Positions 29,661 to 43,700 of a stretch of 64,000 nucleotides of DNA are shown piece by piece. The stretch lies in the NCBI RefSeq assembly GCF_009914755.1, contig NC_060933.1; one strand, 5' to 3'. Within the stretch, counting starts at the first letter, position 1; each line of letters opens with the position of its first letter. The notes under the pieces were generated by a model. That model saw only the letters and a list, made by a program, of their open reading frames with translations. It was not told the DNA's origin and ran no database searches. This DNA is from the human T2T-CHM13v2.0 reference genome, Homo sapiens. The translations under genes and the position numbers were made by a program.

Positions 29661-31379
29661 CCTGCCCTCTGGTTCATTATATTCCATTCCATTTACTTCC
29701 AATCCATTCCACTCCATTCAATTCCATTCTATTCGGGTTAATTCCATTCCATTCTATTCCATTCCATTCCATTCCATTCCATTCCATTCCATTGCAATCG
29801 ACTTGATTCCATTCCATTCCATTCAATTCCATATGATTCCATTCCATTGCCTTCAATTCCATTCCATTCCCCTGCACTCGGGTTGATTCCATTCCATTCC
29901 ATTCCATTCCATTCCATTCCATTCCATTCCATTTCGTTCCATTCCATTCTATTCCGTTCCATTCCATTCCATTCCATTCAATTCCATTCCATTCCATTCC
30001 TTTCAATTCTATTCGGGTTAATTCCATTCCATTCCATTCCATTCCATTCCATTCCGTTCCATTCAATTCCATTACATTCGGATTGATTCTTTTTAATTCC
30101 CTTACACTCCATTACATTCTATTCCATTCGGGTAGTTTCCATACCATTCCATTCCATTCCACTGCATTCTATTGCACTCGGGTTGATTGATTCCATTCCA
30201 TTGCATTCCATTCCATTCCATTCCATTCCATTCCGGATGATTCCATTTCATTGCATTCCATTGCATTCCATTCCCCTGTACTCGGGTTGATCCCATTCCT
30301 TTGCATTCCATTCCATTCCATTCCATTCCATTCCGTTCCGTTCCATTCCATTCCCTTCCATTCTGTTCAGGTTAATTCCATTCCATTCCATTCCCTTCCA
30401 TTTCATTCCATTCCATTCCATTCCATTCCATTCCATTCCATTCCACTCAGGTTGATTCCATTCCTTTCCATTCCATTCGGGTTGAAACCATTCCATTCCA
30501 TTCCATTCCTTTCGATTCCATTCCATTTCACTCGGGTTGAACCCATTCCATTGCATTCCATTCCATTCCATTGCATTCCATTCCGTTCCATTCCATTCCA
30601 TTACATTCGTATTGATTCTATTCAATTCCCTTACTCTCCATTACATTCCATTCCATTCGGGTTGTTTCCATTGCATTCCATTCCATTCCACTCCATTCCA
30701 TTGCAATCGGGTTGATTCTATTCCATTCCATTGCATTCCATTCCATTCCATTCCATTCCACTCCATTCCATTGCAATCGGGTTGATTCCATTCCATTCCA
30801 TTGCATTCCATTCCATTCCATTCCATTCCGTATGATTCCATTCCATTGCATTCCATTCCATTTCATTCCCCTGCACTCGGGTGGATTCCATTCTATTCCA
30901 TTCCATTCCATTCCACTCCATTCCATTCCATTCTATTCGGGTTAATTTCATTCCATTCCATTCCATTCCCTTCCATTGCATTGCATTCCATTCCATTCCA
31001 TTCCATTGAAATCGAGTTGATTCCATTCCATTCCATTCCATTCCATTCCATTCCATTCCATTCTATTCGGGTTAATTCCATTCCATTCCATTCCTTTCCA
31101 TTCCCTTCCATTCCATTCTATTCCATTCCATTCCATTCCATTCCATTCTAGTAGGGTTAATTCCATTCCATTCCATTCCATTCCATTCCATTCCATTCCA
31201 TTCCATTCCATTCCATTGCAATCGAGTTGATTCCATTCCATTCCATTCCATTCCATTCCATTCCATTCAATTCCATTGAACTCGGGTTGATTCCATTCCA
31301 TTCCATGCCATTCCATTTCATTCCATTCCATTCCATTCCATTCCATTCCATTCCATTCCATTCCTTTCCGTTCTATTCA

Positions 31380-34300
31380 ATTACATTCGGATTGATTCTA
31401 TTCAATTCCCTTACACTCCATTACATTCCATTCCATTCGGGTTGTTTCCGTTCCATTACATTCCATTCCACTCCATTCCATTGCACTCAGGTTGATTCCA
31501 TTCCATTCCATTCCATTCCATTCCATTTCTTTCCATTCCATTCTATTCCGTACCATTCCATTCCATTCCATTCCATTCCATGCCATTCCACTCGGGTTGA
31601 TTCCATTCCTTTCCATTCCATTCGGGTTGAATCCATTCCATTCCATTCCATTGCATTCCGTTCCATTCCATTCCCCTGCAATCGGGTGGATTCCATTCTA
31701 TTCCATTCCATTCCATTCATTCCATTCCATTCCATTCCATTTCGTTCCATTCCATTCTATTCCGTACCTTTCCATTCCATTCCATTCCATTCCATTCCAT
31801 TCAATGCCATGCCATTCCACTCGGGTTGATTCCATTCCTTTCCATTCCATTCTAGTTGAATCCATTCCATTGCATTCCATTCCATTCGATTCCATTCAAT
31901 TGCACACGGGTTCATTCTATTCCATTCCATTCCATTCCATTCCATTCCGTTCCATTCCATTCCATTTCGTTCCATTCCATTCTATTCCGTACCATTCCCT
32001 TCCATTCCATTCCATTCCACTCCGTTCCATGCCATTCCACTCGGGTTTATTCCATTCCTTTCCATTCCATTCGGATTGAATCCATTCCATTCCATTCCAT
32101 TCCATTCCATTCCATTCCATTCCATGCCATTCCACTCGGGTTGATTCCATTCCTTTCCATTCCATTCGAGTTGAACCCATTCCATTCCATTCCATTCCAT
32201 TCCATTCCATTCCATTCCATTGCTCACGGGTTCATTCCTTTCCATTCCATTCCATTTCGTTCCATTCCATTCTACTCCGTACCATTCCATTCCATTCCAT
32301 TCCCTTCCATGCCATTTCACTCGGGATTATTCCTTTCCTTTCCATTCCATTCGGGTTGAATCCATTCCATTCCATTCCATTGCATTCCATTCCATTCCAT
32401 TCCCCTGTAATTGGGTGGATTCCATTCTATTCCATTCCATTCCATTCCATTCCATTCCATTCCATTCCATTCCATTTCGTTCCATTCCATTCTATTCCGT
32501 ACCTTTCCATTCCATTCCATTCCATTCCATGCCATTCCACTCGGTTTGATTCCATTGCTTTCCATTCCATTTGGGTTGAATCTAATCCATTCCATTCCAT
32601 TCCATTCCATTCCATTCCATTGCACTAGGTTTGATTCCATTTCACTGCATTCCATTCCATTCCATTCCATTAAATTCCATTCCACTCGGGTTGATTCCAT
32701 TGCTTTCCATTCCATTCGTGTTGAATCCATTCCATTCCATTCCATTACTTTCGATTCCATTCCATTGCACTCGGGTTGAACCCATTCCATTGGATTCCAT
32801 TCCATTCCATTGCATTCCATTCCGTTCCATTCCATTCCATTACATTCGTATTGATTCTATTCAATTCCCTTACACTCCATTCCATTCTATTCCATTCCAT
32901 TCGGGTTGTTTCCATTCCTTTCCATTCCATTCCACTCCATTCCATTGCAATCGGGTTGATTCCATTCCATTCCATTCCATTCCATTCCGTATGATTCCAT
33001 TCCATTGCATTCCATTGCATTCCATTCCCCTGCACTCGGGTGGATTCCATTCTATTCCATTCCATTCCATTCCACTCTATTCCATTCCATTCCATTCCAT
33101 TCCATTCCATTCCATTCCATTCCATTCCATTCTATTCGGGTTAATTTCATTCCATTCCATTCCATTCCATTCCATTCCATTCCATTCCATTCCATTCCAT
33201 TCCATTGAAATCGAGTTGATTCCATTTCATTCCATTCCATTCCATTCCATTCCATTCCATTCCATTCCGTTCCATTCCATTCCATTACATTCGGATTGAT
33301 TGTATTCAATTCCCTTTAACTCCATTACATTCCATTCCATTCGGGTTGTTTCCGTTCCATTACATTCCATTCCACTCCATTCCATTGCACTCAGGTTGAT
33401 TCCATTCCATTCCATTCCATTCCATTCCATTCCATTCCATTTCGTTCCATTCCATTCTATTCCGTACCATTCCATTCCATTCTATTCCATTCCATGCCAT
33501 TCCACTCGGGTTGATTCCATTCCTTTCCATTCCATTCGGGTTGAATCCATTTCATTCTATTCCATTGCATTCCGTTCCATTCCATTCCCCTGCAATCGGG
33601 TGGATTCCATTCTATTCCATTCCATTCCATTCATTCCATTCCATTCCATTCCATTTCGTTCCATTCCATTCTATTCCGTACCTTTCCATTCCATTCCATT
33701 CCATTCCATTCCGTGCCATGCCATTCCACTCGGGTTGATTCCATTCCTTTCCATTCCATTCTAGTTGAATCCATTCCATTGCATTCCATTCCATTCGATT
33801 CCATTCAATTGCACACTGGTTCATTCTATTCCATTCCATTCCATTCCATTCCATTCCGTTCCATTCCATTCCATTTCGTTCCATTCCATTCTATTCCGTA
33901 CCATTCCCTTCCATTCCATTCCATTCCACTCCGTTCCATGCCATTCCACTCGGGTTTATTCCATTCCTTTCCATTCCATTCGGGTTGAATCCATTCCATT
34001 CCATTCCATTCCATTCCATTCCATTCCATTCCATGCCATTCCACTCGGGTTGATTCCATTCCTTTCCATTCCATTCGAGTTGAACCCATTCCATTCCATT
34101 CCATTCCATTCCATTCCATTCCATTGCTCACGGGTTCATTCCTTTGCATTCCATTCCATTCCATTCCATTTCGTTCCATTCCATTCTACTCCGTACCATT
34201 CCATTCCATTCCATTCCCTTCCATGCCATTTCACTCGGGATTATTCCTTTCCTTTCCATTCCATTCGGGTTGAATACATTCCATTCCATTCCATTGCATT

Positions 34301-35150
34301 CCATTCCATTCCATTCCCCTGCAATCGGGTGGATTCCATTCTATTCCATTCCATTCCATTCCATTCCATTCCATTCCATTCCATTCCATTCCATTTCGTT
34401 CCATTCCATTCTATTCCGTACCTTTCCATTCCATTCCATTCCATTCCATGCCATTCCACTCGGGTTGATTCCATTGCTTTCCATTCCATTTGGGTTGAAT
34501 CTAATCCATTCCATTCCATTCCATTCCATTCCATTCCATTGCACTAGGTTTGATTCCATTTCACTGCATTCCATTCCATTCCATTAAATTCCATTCCACT
34601 CGGGTTGATGCCATTCCTTTCCATTCCATTCGTGTTGAATCCATTCCATTCCATTCCATTACTTTCGATTCCATTCCATTGCACTCGGGTTGAACCCATT
34701 CCATTGGATTCCATTCCATTCCATTGCATTCCATTCCGTTCCATTCCATTCCATTACATTCGTATTGATTCTATTCAATTCCCTTACACTCCATTCCATT
34801 CCATTCCATTCCATTCGGGTTGTTTCCATTCCATTCCATTCCATTCCACTCCATTCCATTGCTATCGGGTTGATTCCATTCCATTCCATTCCATTCCATT
34901 CCGTATGATTCCATTCCATTGCATTCCATTCCATTCCATTCCCCTGCACTCGGGTGGATTCCATTCTATTCCATTCCATTCCATTCCACTCTATTCCATT
35001 CCATTCCATTCCATTCCATTCCATTCCATTCCATTCCATTCCATTCTATTCGGGTTAATTTCATTCCATTCCATTCCATTCCATTCCGTTCCATTCCATT
35101 CCATTCCATTCCATTGAAATCGAGTTGATTCCATTTCATTCCATTCCATT
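31380..35150 (+). repeat. ~1.91-kb tandem duplication, moderately diverged (copies ~31380-33285 and ~33285-35150)
   Basis: Shared private variants gttgtttccgttccattac, tctaatcc, ttaaattcc, ttactttcga, ccattggatt and ccactctatt at offsets 1904-1914. ORF-track pair 32745/34659 has offset 1914. Confidence 0.88.
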
Positions 35151-35737
35151 CCATTCCATTCCATTCCATTCAATTGCATTCTATTCCGGTTAATTCCATT
35201 CCATTCCATTCCATTCCATTCCCTTCCATTCCATTCCATTCCATTCTATTAGGGTTAATTCCATTCCATTCCATTCCATTACATTCCATTGCAATCGAGT
35301 TGATTCCATTCCATTCCATTCCATTCCATTCAATTCCGGATGATTGCATTCCATTGCCTTCCATTCCATTCCATTCCCCTGCACTCGGGTTGATTCCATT
35401 CCATTCCTTTCCATTCCATTCCATTCCATTCCATTCCATTGCATTCCATTTCGTTTCATTCCATTCTATTCCGTACCATTCCATTCCATTCCATTCCATT
35501 TCATTCCATTCCATTCCATGCCATTCCACTCGGGTTGATTCCATTCCTTTCCATTCCATTCGACTTGAATCCATTCCATTCCATTCCATTCCATTCGATT
35601 CCATTCCATTGCACACGGGTTCATTCCATTCCATTCCATTCCTTTCCATTCCTTTCCATTGCACACGGGTTCATTCCATTCCATTCCATTCCATTACATT
35701 ATATTCCATTTCGTTCCATTCCATTCTATTCCGTACG

Positions 35738-37693
35738 ATTCCATTCCATTCCATTCCATTCCATTCCATTCCATTCCACTCCATTCCATGCCATTCCACT
35801 CGGGTTTATTCCATTCCTTTCCATTCCATTCGGGTTGAATCCATTCCATTCCATTCCATTCCATTCCATTCAATTCCATTACATAGCACTCGGGTTGATT
35901 CCATTGCATTCCATTCCATTCCATTGCATTCCATTCCATTCCATTCCATTCCATTGCATTCCATTCCATGCCATTCCACTCGGGTTGATTCCATTCCTTT
36001 CCATTCCATTCGAGTTGAACCCATTCCATTCCATTCCATTCCATTCCATTCCATTGCAATCGAATTGATTCCATTCCATTCCATACCATTCCATTCCATT
36101 CCATGCCATTCCATTCCATGCCATTCCACTCGGGTTGATTCCATTGCTTTCCATTCGATTTGGGTTGAATCCAATCCATTCCATTCCATTCAATTCCATT
36201 CCTTTCCATTGCACTAGGTTTGATTCCATTCCACAGCATTCCATTCCATTCCATTCCATTCCATTCCATTCCATTGCATTCCATTCCATTCCATTCCATT
36301 CCATTCCATTCCATTCCATTCCATTCCATTCCACTCGGGATGATTCCATTCCTTTCCATTCCATTCGGGTTGAAACCATTCCATTCCATTCCATTCCTTT
36401 CGATTCCATTCCATTACACTCGAGTTGATCCCATTCCATTGCATTGCATTCCATTCCATTGCATTCCATTCCGTTCCATTCCATTCCATTACATTCGTAT
36501 TGATTCTATTCAATTCCCTTACACTCCATTACATTCCATTCCATTCGGGTTGTTTCCATTCCATTCCATTCCATTCCACTCCATTCCATTGCAATCGGGT
36601 TGATTCCATTCCATTCCATTCCATTCCGTATGATTCCATTCCATTGCATTCCATTCCATTCCATTCCCCTGCACTCGGGTGGATTCCATTCTATTCCATT
36701 CCATTCCATTCCATTCCATTCCATTCCATTCCATTCCATTCCACTCCATTCCATGCCATTCCACTCGGGTTTATTCCATTCCTTTCCATTCCATTCGGGT
36801 TGAATCCATTCCATTCCATTCCATTCCATTCCATTCAATTCCATTACATAGCACTCGGGTTGATTCCATTGCATTCCATTCCATTCCATTGCATTCCATT
36901 CCATTCCATTCCATTCCATTGCATTCCATTCCATGCCATTCCACTCGGGTTGATTCCATTCCTTTCCATTCCATTCGAGTTGAACCCATTCCATTCCATT
37001 CCATTCCATTCCATTCCATTGCAATCGAATTGATTCCATTCCATTCCATACCATTCCATTCCATTCCATGCCATTCCATTCCATGCCATTCCACTCGGGT
37101 TGATTCCATTGCTTTCCATTCGATTTGGGTTGAATCCAATCCATTCCATTCCATTCAATTCCATTCCTTTCCATTGCACTAGGTTTGATTCCATTCCACA
37201 GCATTCCATTCCATTCCATTCCATTCCATTCCATTCCATTGCATTCCATTCCATTCCATTCCATTCCATTCCATTCCATTCCATTCCATTCCATTCCACT
37301 CGGGATGATTCCATTCCTTTCCATTCCATTCGGGTTGAAACCATTCCATTCCATTCCATTCCTTTCGATTCCATTCCATTACACTCGAGTTGATCCCATT
37401 CCATTGCATTGCATTCCATTCCATTGCATTCCATTCCGTTCCATTCCATTCCATTACATTCGTATTGATTCTATTCAATTCCCTTACACTCCATTACATT
37501 CCATTCCATTCGGGTTGTTTCCATTCCATTCCATTCCATTCCACTCCATTCCATTGCAATCGGGTTGATTCCATTCCATTCCATTCCATTCCGTATGATT
37601 CCATTCCATTGCATTCCATTCCATTCCATTCCCCTGCACTCGGGTGGATTCCATTCTATTCCATTCCATTCCATTCCATTCCATTCCATTCCA
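35738..37693 (+). repeat. 965-bp tandem duplication, apparently identical copies (35738-36702, 36703-37667)
   Basis: Private variants acatagcactc (35881/36846), gcaatcgaattg, ccacagcatt (36231/37196) and ctcgggatga recur at exactly +965. Several ORF-track pairs have identical translations at +965. Confidence 0.95.
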
Positions 37694-40600
37694 CTCCACT
37701 CCATGCCATTCCACTCGTGTTTAATCCATTCCTTTCCATTCCATTCGGGTTGAATCCATTCCATTCCATTCCATTCCACTCAATTCCATTATATTGCACT
37801 CGGGTTGATTCCATTCCATTCCATTCCATTCCATTCCATTCCATTCCATTCCATTCCATTTCGTTCTTTTCCATTCTATTGCGTACCATTCCATTCCATT
37901 CCTTTGCATTCCATGCCATTCCACTCGGGTTTATTCCATTCATTTTCATTCCATTCGGGTTGAATCCATTGCATTCCATTCCATTCCATTCCATTCCATT
38001 CCATTCCATTGCACTAGGTTTGATTCCATTCCACTGCATTCCATTCCATTCCATTCCATTCCGTTCCATTCCATTCCATTACATTCGGTTTGATTGTATT
38101 CAATTCCCTTACACTCCATTTCATTCCATTCCATTCAGGTTGTTTCCATTCCATTCCAATCCATTCCACTCCATTCCATTGCACTCGGGTTGATTGCATT
38201 CCATTCCATTCCATTCTACTCCATTTCGTTCCATTCCATTCTATTCGGTAGCATTCCATTCCATTCCATTCCAATCCATTCCATTCCATGCCATTCCACT
38301 TGGGTTGATTCCCTTCCTTTCCATTCCATTCGGGTTGAATCCATTCCATTCCATTCCATTCCGTTCCATTCCATTCCTTTCAATTCCATTGCACACGGGT
38401 TGGTTCCATTCCATTCCTTTCCGTTCCATTCCGGATGACTCCATTCCATTGCATTCCATTCCATTCCATTCCCCTGCACTCGGGTTCATTACCTTCCATT
38501 CCATTTACTTCCATTCCATTCCATTCCATTCTATTCGGGTTAATTCCATTCCATTCCATTGCATTCCATTCCATTCCATTCCATTCCATTCCATTCCATT
38601 CCATTGCAATCGAGTTGATTCCATTCCATTCCATTCAATTCCGGATGATTCCATTCCATTGCCTTCAATTCCATTCCATTCCCCTGCACTCGGTTTGATT
38701 CCATTCCATTCCATTCCATTCCATTCCATTCCATTCCATTTCGTTCCATTCCATTCTATTCCGTACCATTCCATTCTATTCAATTCCATTCCATTCCACT
38801 CCACTCCATGCCATTCCACTCGGGTTTATTCCATTCCTTTCCATTCCATTCGGGTTGAATCCATTCCATTCCATTCCATTCCATTCGATTCCATGACATT
38901 GCACTCGGGTTGATTCCATTGCATTCCATTCCATTACATTCCATTGCATTCCATTCCATTCCATTCCCCTGCACTCAGGTTGATTCCATTCGATTCCTTT
39001 CCATTCCATTCCATTCGGGTTGTTTCCATTCCATTCCATTCCATTCCACTCCATTCCATTGCAGTCGGGTTGATTCCATTCCATTCCATTGCATTCCATT
39101 CCATTCAATTCCATTCCGTATGATTCCATTCCATTGCATTCCATTCCATTCCATTCCCCTGCACTCGGTTGGATTACATTCTATTCCATTCCATTCCATT
39201 CCATTCCATTCCATTCCATTCTATTCGGGTTAATTTCATTCCATTCCATTCCATTCCCTTCCATTCCATTCCATTCCATTCCATTCCATTCCATTCCATT
39301 GAAATCGAGTTGATTCCATTCCATTCCATTCCATTCCATTCCATTCCATTCTATTCGGGTTAATTCCATTCCATTCCATTCCATTCCATTCCATTCCATT
39401 CCATTCCATTCCATTCCCTTCCATTCCATTCCATTCCATTCCATTCCATTCTATTAGGGTTAATTCCATTCCATTCCATTCCATTCCATTCCATTCCATT
39501 CCATTCCATTCCACTCCATTCCATGCCATTCCACTCGGGTTTATTCCATTCCTTTCCATTCCATTTGGGTTGAATCCATTCCATTCCATTCCTTTCCATT
39601 CCATTCCATTCCATTCCATGCCATTGCACTCGGGTTGATTCCATTCCTTTCCATTCCATTCGAATTCAACCCATTCCATTCCATTCCATTCCATTCCATT
39701 CCATTGCTCACGGGTTCATTCCATTCCATTCCATTTCATTCCATTCCATTCCATTTCGTTCCATTCCATTCTACTCCATACCATTCCATTCCATTCCATT
39801 CCCTTCCATGCCATTTCACTCGTGTTTATTCCATTCCTTTCCATTCAATTCGGGTTGAATCCATTCCATTCCATTCCATTCCATTCCATTCCATTCCATT
39901 CCATTGCGCTCGGGTTGATTCCATTCCATTCTATGCCATTCCATTTCATTCCATTCCATTCCATTCCATTCCATTCCATTCCATTCCTTTCCTTTCAATT
40001 CCATTCCATTACATTCGGATTGATTCTTTTTAATTCCCTTACACTCCATTACATTGCATTCCATTCGGTTACTTTCCATTCCATTCCATTCCATTCCACT
40101 GCATTCTATTGCACTCGCGTTGATTGATTCCATTCCATTGCATTCCATTCCATTCCATTCCATTCCATTCCATTCCATTCCATTCCATTCCATTCCATTC
40201 TGTTCAGGTTAATTCCATTCCATTCCATTCCCTTCCATTCCATTCCATTCCATTCCATTCCTTTCCATTCCATTCCATTCCATTGCTCACGGGTTCATTC
40301 CATTCCATTCCATTCCATTCCATTCCATTTCGTTCCATTCCATTCTACTCCGTACCATTCCATTCCATTCCATTCCCTTCCATGCCATTTCACTCGGGAT
40401 TATTCCTTTCCTTTCCATTCCATTCGGGTTGAATCCATTCCACTCCATTCCATTGCATTCCATTCCATTCCATTCCCCTGTAATCGGGTGGATTCCATTC
40501 TATTCCATTTCTTTCCATTCCATTCCATTCCATTCCATTCCATTTCGTTCCATTCCATTCTATTCCGTACCTTTCCATTCCATTCCATTCCATTCCATTC

Positions 40601-43600
40601 CATGCCATTCCACTCGGGTTGATTCCATTGCTTTCCATTCCATTTGGGTTGAATCTAATCCATTCCATTCCATTCCATTCCATTGCACTAGGTTTGATTC
40701 CATTTCACTGCATTCCATTCCATTCCATTCCATTAAATTCCATTCCACTCGGGTTGATTCCATTCCTTTCTATTCCATTCGAGTTGAATCCATTCCATTC
40801 CATTCCATTCCATTCGGTTCCATTCCATTGCTCACGTGTTCATTCCATTCCATTCCATTCCATTCCGTTCCATTTCGTTCCTTTCCATTCTCTTCCGTAG
40901 TATTCCATTCCATTCCATTCCACTCCATTCCATGCCATTCCACTCGGGTTTATTCCATTCCTTTCCATTCCATTCGGGTTGAATTCATTCCATTCCATTC
41001 CATTCCATTCCATTCAATTCCATTACATTGCACTCGGGTTGATTCCATTCCATTCCGTTCCATTTCAATCCATTCCCTTCCATTCCATTTCATTCCATTC
41101 CATTCCATTCCATTCCATTCCATTCCATTCCATTCCATTCCTTTCCATTCCATTCCATGCCATTCCACACGGGTTGATTCCATTCCTTTCCATTCCATTC
41201 TAGTTGAACCCATTCCATTCCATTCCATTCCATTCCATTCCATTACATTCCATTGCACACGGGTTCATTCCATTCCATTCCATTCCATTCCATTCCATTC
41301 CATTCCATTTCGTTCCATTCCATTCTATTCCTTACCATTCCATTCCATTCCATTCCCTTCCATGCCATTTCACTCGGGTTTATTCCATTCCTTTCCATTC
41401 CATTCGGGTTGAATCCATTCCATTCCATTCCATTCCATTCCATTGAACTCAGGTTGATTCCATTCCATTCCATGCCATTCCATTTCATTCCATTCCATTC
41501 CATTCCATTCCATTCCATTCCATTCCGTTCCCTTCCATTCCATTACATTCGGATTGATTCTTTTTAATTCCCTTACACTCCATTACATTCCTTTCCATTC
41601 GGGTACTTTCCATTCCATTCCATTCCATTCCACTGCATTCTATTGCACTCGGGTTGATTGATTCCATTCCATTGCATTCCATTCCATTCCATTCCCCTGC
41701 ACTCGGGTTGATCCCATTCCATTGCATTCCATTCCATTCCATTCCATTCCATTCCATTCCGTTCCATTCCATTCCATTCCATTCTCTTCAGCTTAATTCC
41801 ATTCCATTCCATTCCCTTCCATTCCGTTCCATTCCATTCCATTCCATTCTGTTCAGGTTAATTCCATTCCATTCCATTCCCTTCCATTCCATTCCATTCC
41901 ATTCCATCCCATTGCAATCTAGTTGATTCCATTGCATTCCATTCCATTCCATTCCATTCCATTGCATTCCATTCCATTCCATTCCCCTGCACTCAGATTG
42001 ATTCCATTCCAACCCATTCCATTCCATTCCGTTCCATTACATTCCATTCCATTCTATTCGCGTTAATTCCATTCCATTCCATTCCATTACATTCCATTGC
42101 AATGGAGTTGATTCCATTCCATTCCGTTCCATTCCATTCCATTCAATTCCATTTCATTCCATTCCATTCTATTCTGTACCATTCCATTCCATTCCATTCC
42201 ATTCCATTCCATTCCATGCCATTCCACTCGGGTTGATTCCATTGCTTTCCATTCCATTTGGGTTGAATCCAATCCATTCCATTCCATTCCATTCCATTCC
42301 ATTCCATTTCATTGCATTCCATTCCATTCCATTCCATTGCACTAGGTTTGATTCCATTCCACTGCATTCCATTCCATTCCATTCCGTTCCTTTCCATTCC
42401 ATTACATTCGGATTGATTGTATTCAATTCCCTTACACTCCATTACATTCCATTCCATTCGGGTTGTTTCCATTCCATTACATTCCATTACACTCCATTCC
42501 ATTGCACTCAGGTTGATTCCATTCCATTCCATTCCATTCCATTCCATTTCTTTCCATTCCATTCTATTCTGTACCATTCCATTCCATTCCATTCCATTCC
42601 ATTCCATTCCATTCCATTCCATGCGATTCCACTCAGGTTTATTCCATTCCTTTCAATTCCATTCGGGTTGAATCCATTCCATTCCATTCCATTCCATTCC
42701 ATTCCATTCCATTCCTTTGCACTCGGGTTGACTCCTTTCCATTCCCTGCCATTCCATTTCATTCCATTCCATTCCATTCCATTCCATTCCATTCCATTCC
42801 ATTCCATTCCATTCCACTGCATTCTATTGCACTCGGGTTGATTGATTCCATTCCATTGCATTCCATTCCATTCCATTCCATTCCATTCCATTTTGTTCAG
42901 GTTAATTCCATTCCATTCCATTCCCTTCCATTCCATTCCATTCCATTCCATCCCATTGCAATCGAGGTGATTCCATTTCATTCCATTCCATTCCATTCCA
43001 TTGCATTCCATTCCATTGCATTCCCCTGCACTCAGATTGATTCCATTCCATTCCTTTCCATTCCATTCCGTTCCATTCCTTTCCATTCCATTCTATTTGC
43101 GTTAATTCCGTTCCATTCCATTCCATTACATTCCTTTGCAATCGAGTTGATTCCATTCCGTTCCGTTCCATTCCATTCCATTCCATTCCATGCCATTCCA
43201 CTCGGGTTGATTCCATTCCTTTCCATTCCATTCGAGTTGAATCCATTCCATTCCATTCTATTCCATTCGATTCCATTCAATTGCTCACGTGTTCATTCCA
43301 TTCCATTCCATTCCATTCCATTCCATTCCATTCCATTTCGTTCCATTCCATTCTCTTCCGTCCTATTCCATTCCATTCCATTCCACTCCATTCCATGCCA
43401 TTCCACTCGGGTTTATTCCATTACTTTCCATTCCATTCGGGTTGAATTCATTCCATTCCATTCCATTCCATTCCATTCAATTCCATTACATTGCACTCGG
43501 GTTGATTCCATTCCATTCCATTACATTTCAATCCATTCCATTCCATTCCATTTCATTCCATTCCTTTCCATTCCATTCCATTCCATTCCATTCCATGCCA

Positions 43601-43679
43601 TTCCACTCGGGTTGATTCCATTCCTTTCCATTCCATTCTAGTTGAACCCATTCCATTCCATTCCATTCCATTCCATTCC

Positions 43680-43700
43680 ATTGCACACGGAATGGAATGG
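43680..43700. other. Inversion breakpoint (strand switch) inside the satellite array
   Basis: ...ttccattccattgcacacGGaatggaatggaatggaaacaacccg... The left motif normally continues gcacacgg-gttcattcc (paralog at ~41255-41271). The GG at 43689-43690 is shared by both arms and there is no foreign insert. Confidence 0.97.

Larger units (their letters stand above)
1..43690 (+). repeat. Satellite III (HSat3) array, CATTC strand on + (left arm)
   Basis: Continuous (CATTC)n with recurrent spacers CTCGGGTTGATTCC, ATCGAGTTGATTCC and TTCGGGTTAATTCC. (GGAAT)n interrupted by CAACCCGA(G/A)T is the classical Satellite 3 definition. The dense CATTCGATTC pattern of HSat2 is absent. Confidence 0.96.
27101..43690 (+). 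repeat. HSat3 sub-domain B (dialect B)
   Basis: A different module set: gcacacgggttcatt, gcactaggtttgatt, ttgaaatcgagtt, cgggtggatt, ccgtatgatt, ccatgccattccactcggg..cctttcc..cgggttgaatcc, and cgggttgtttcc. The A-diagnostic modules are absent except at 28.7-29.66 kb. Confidence 0.85.
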
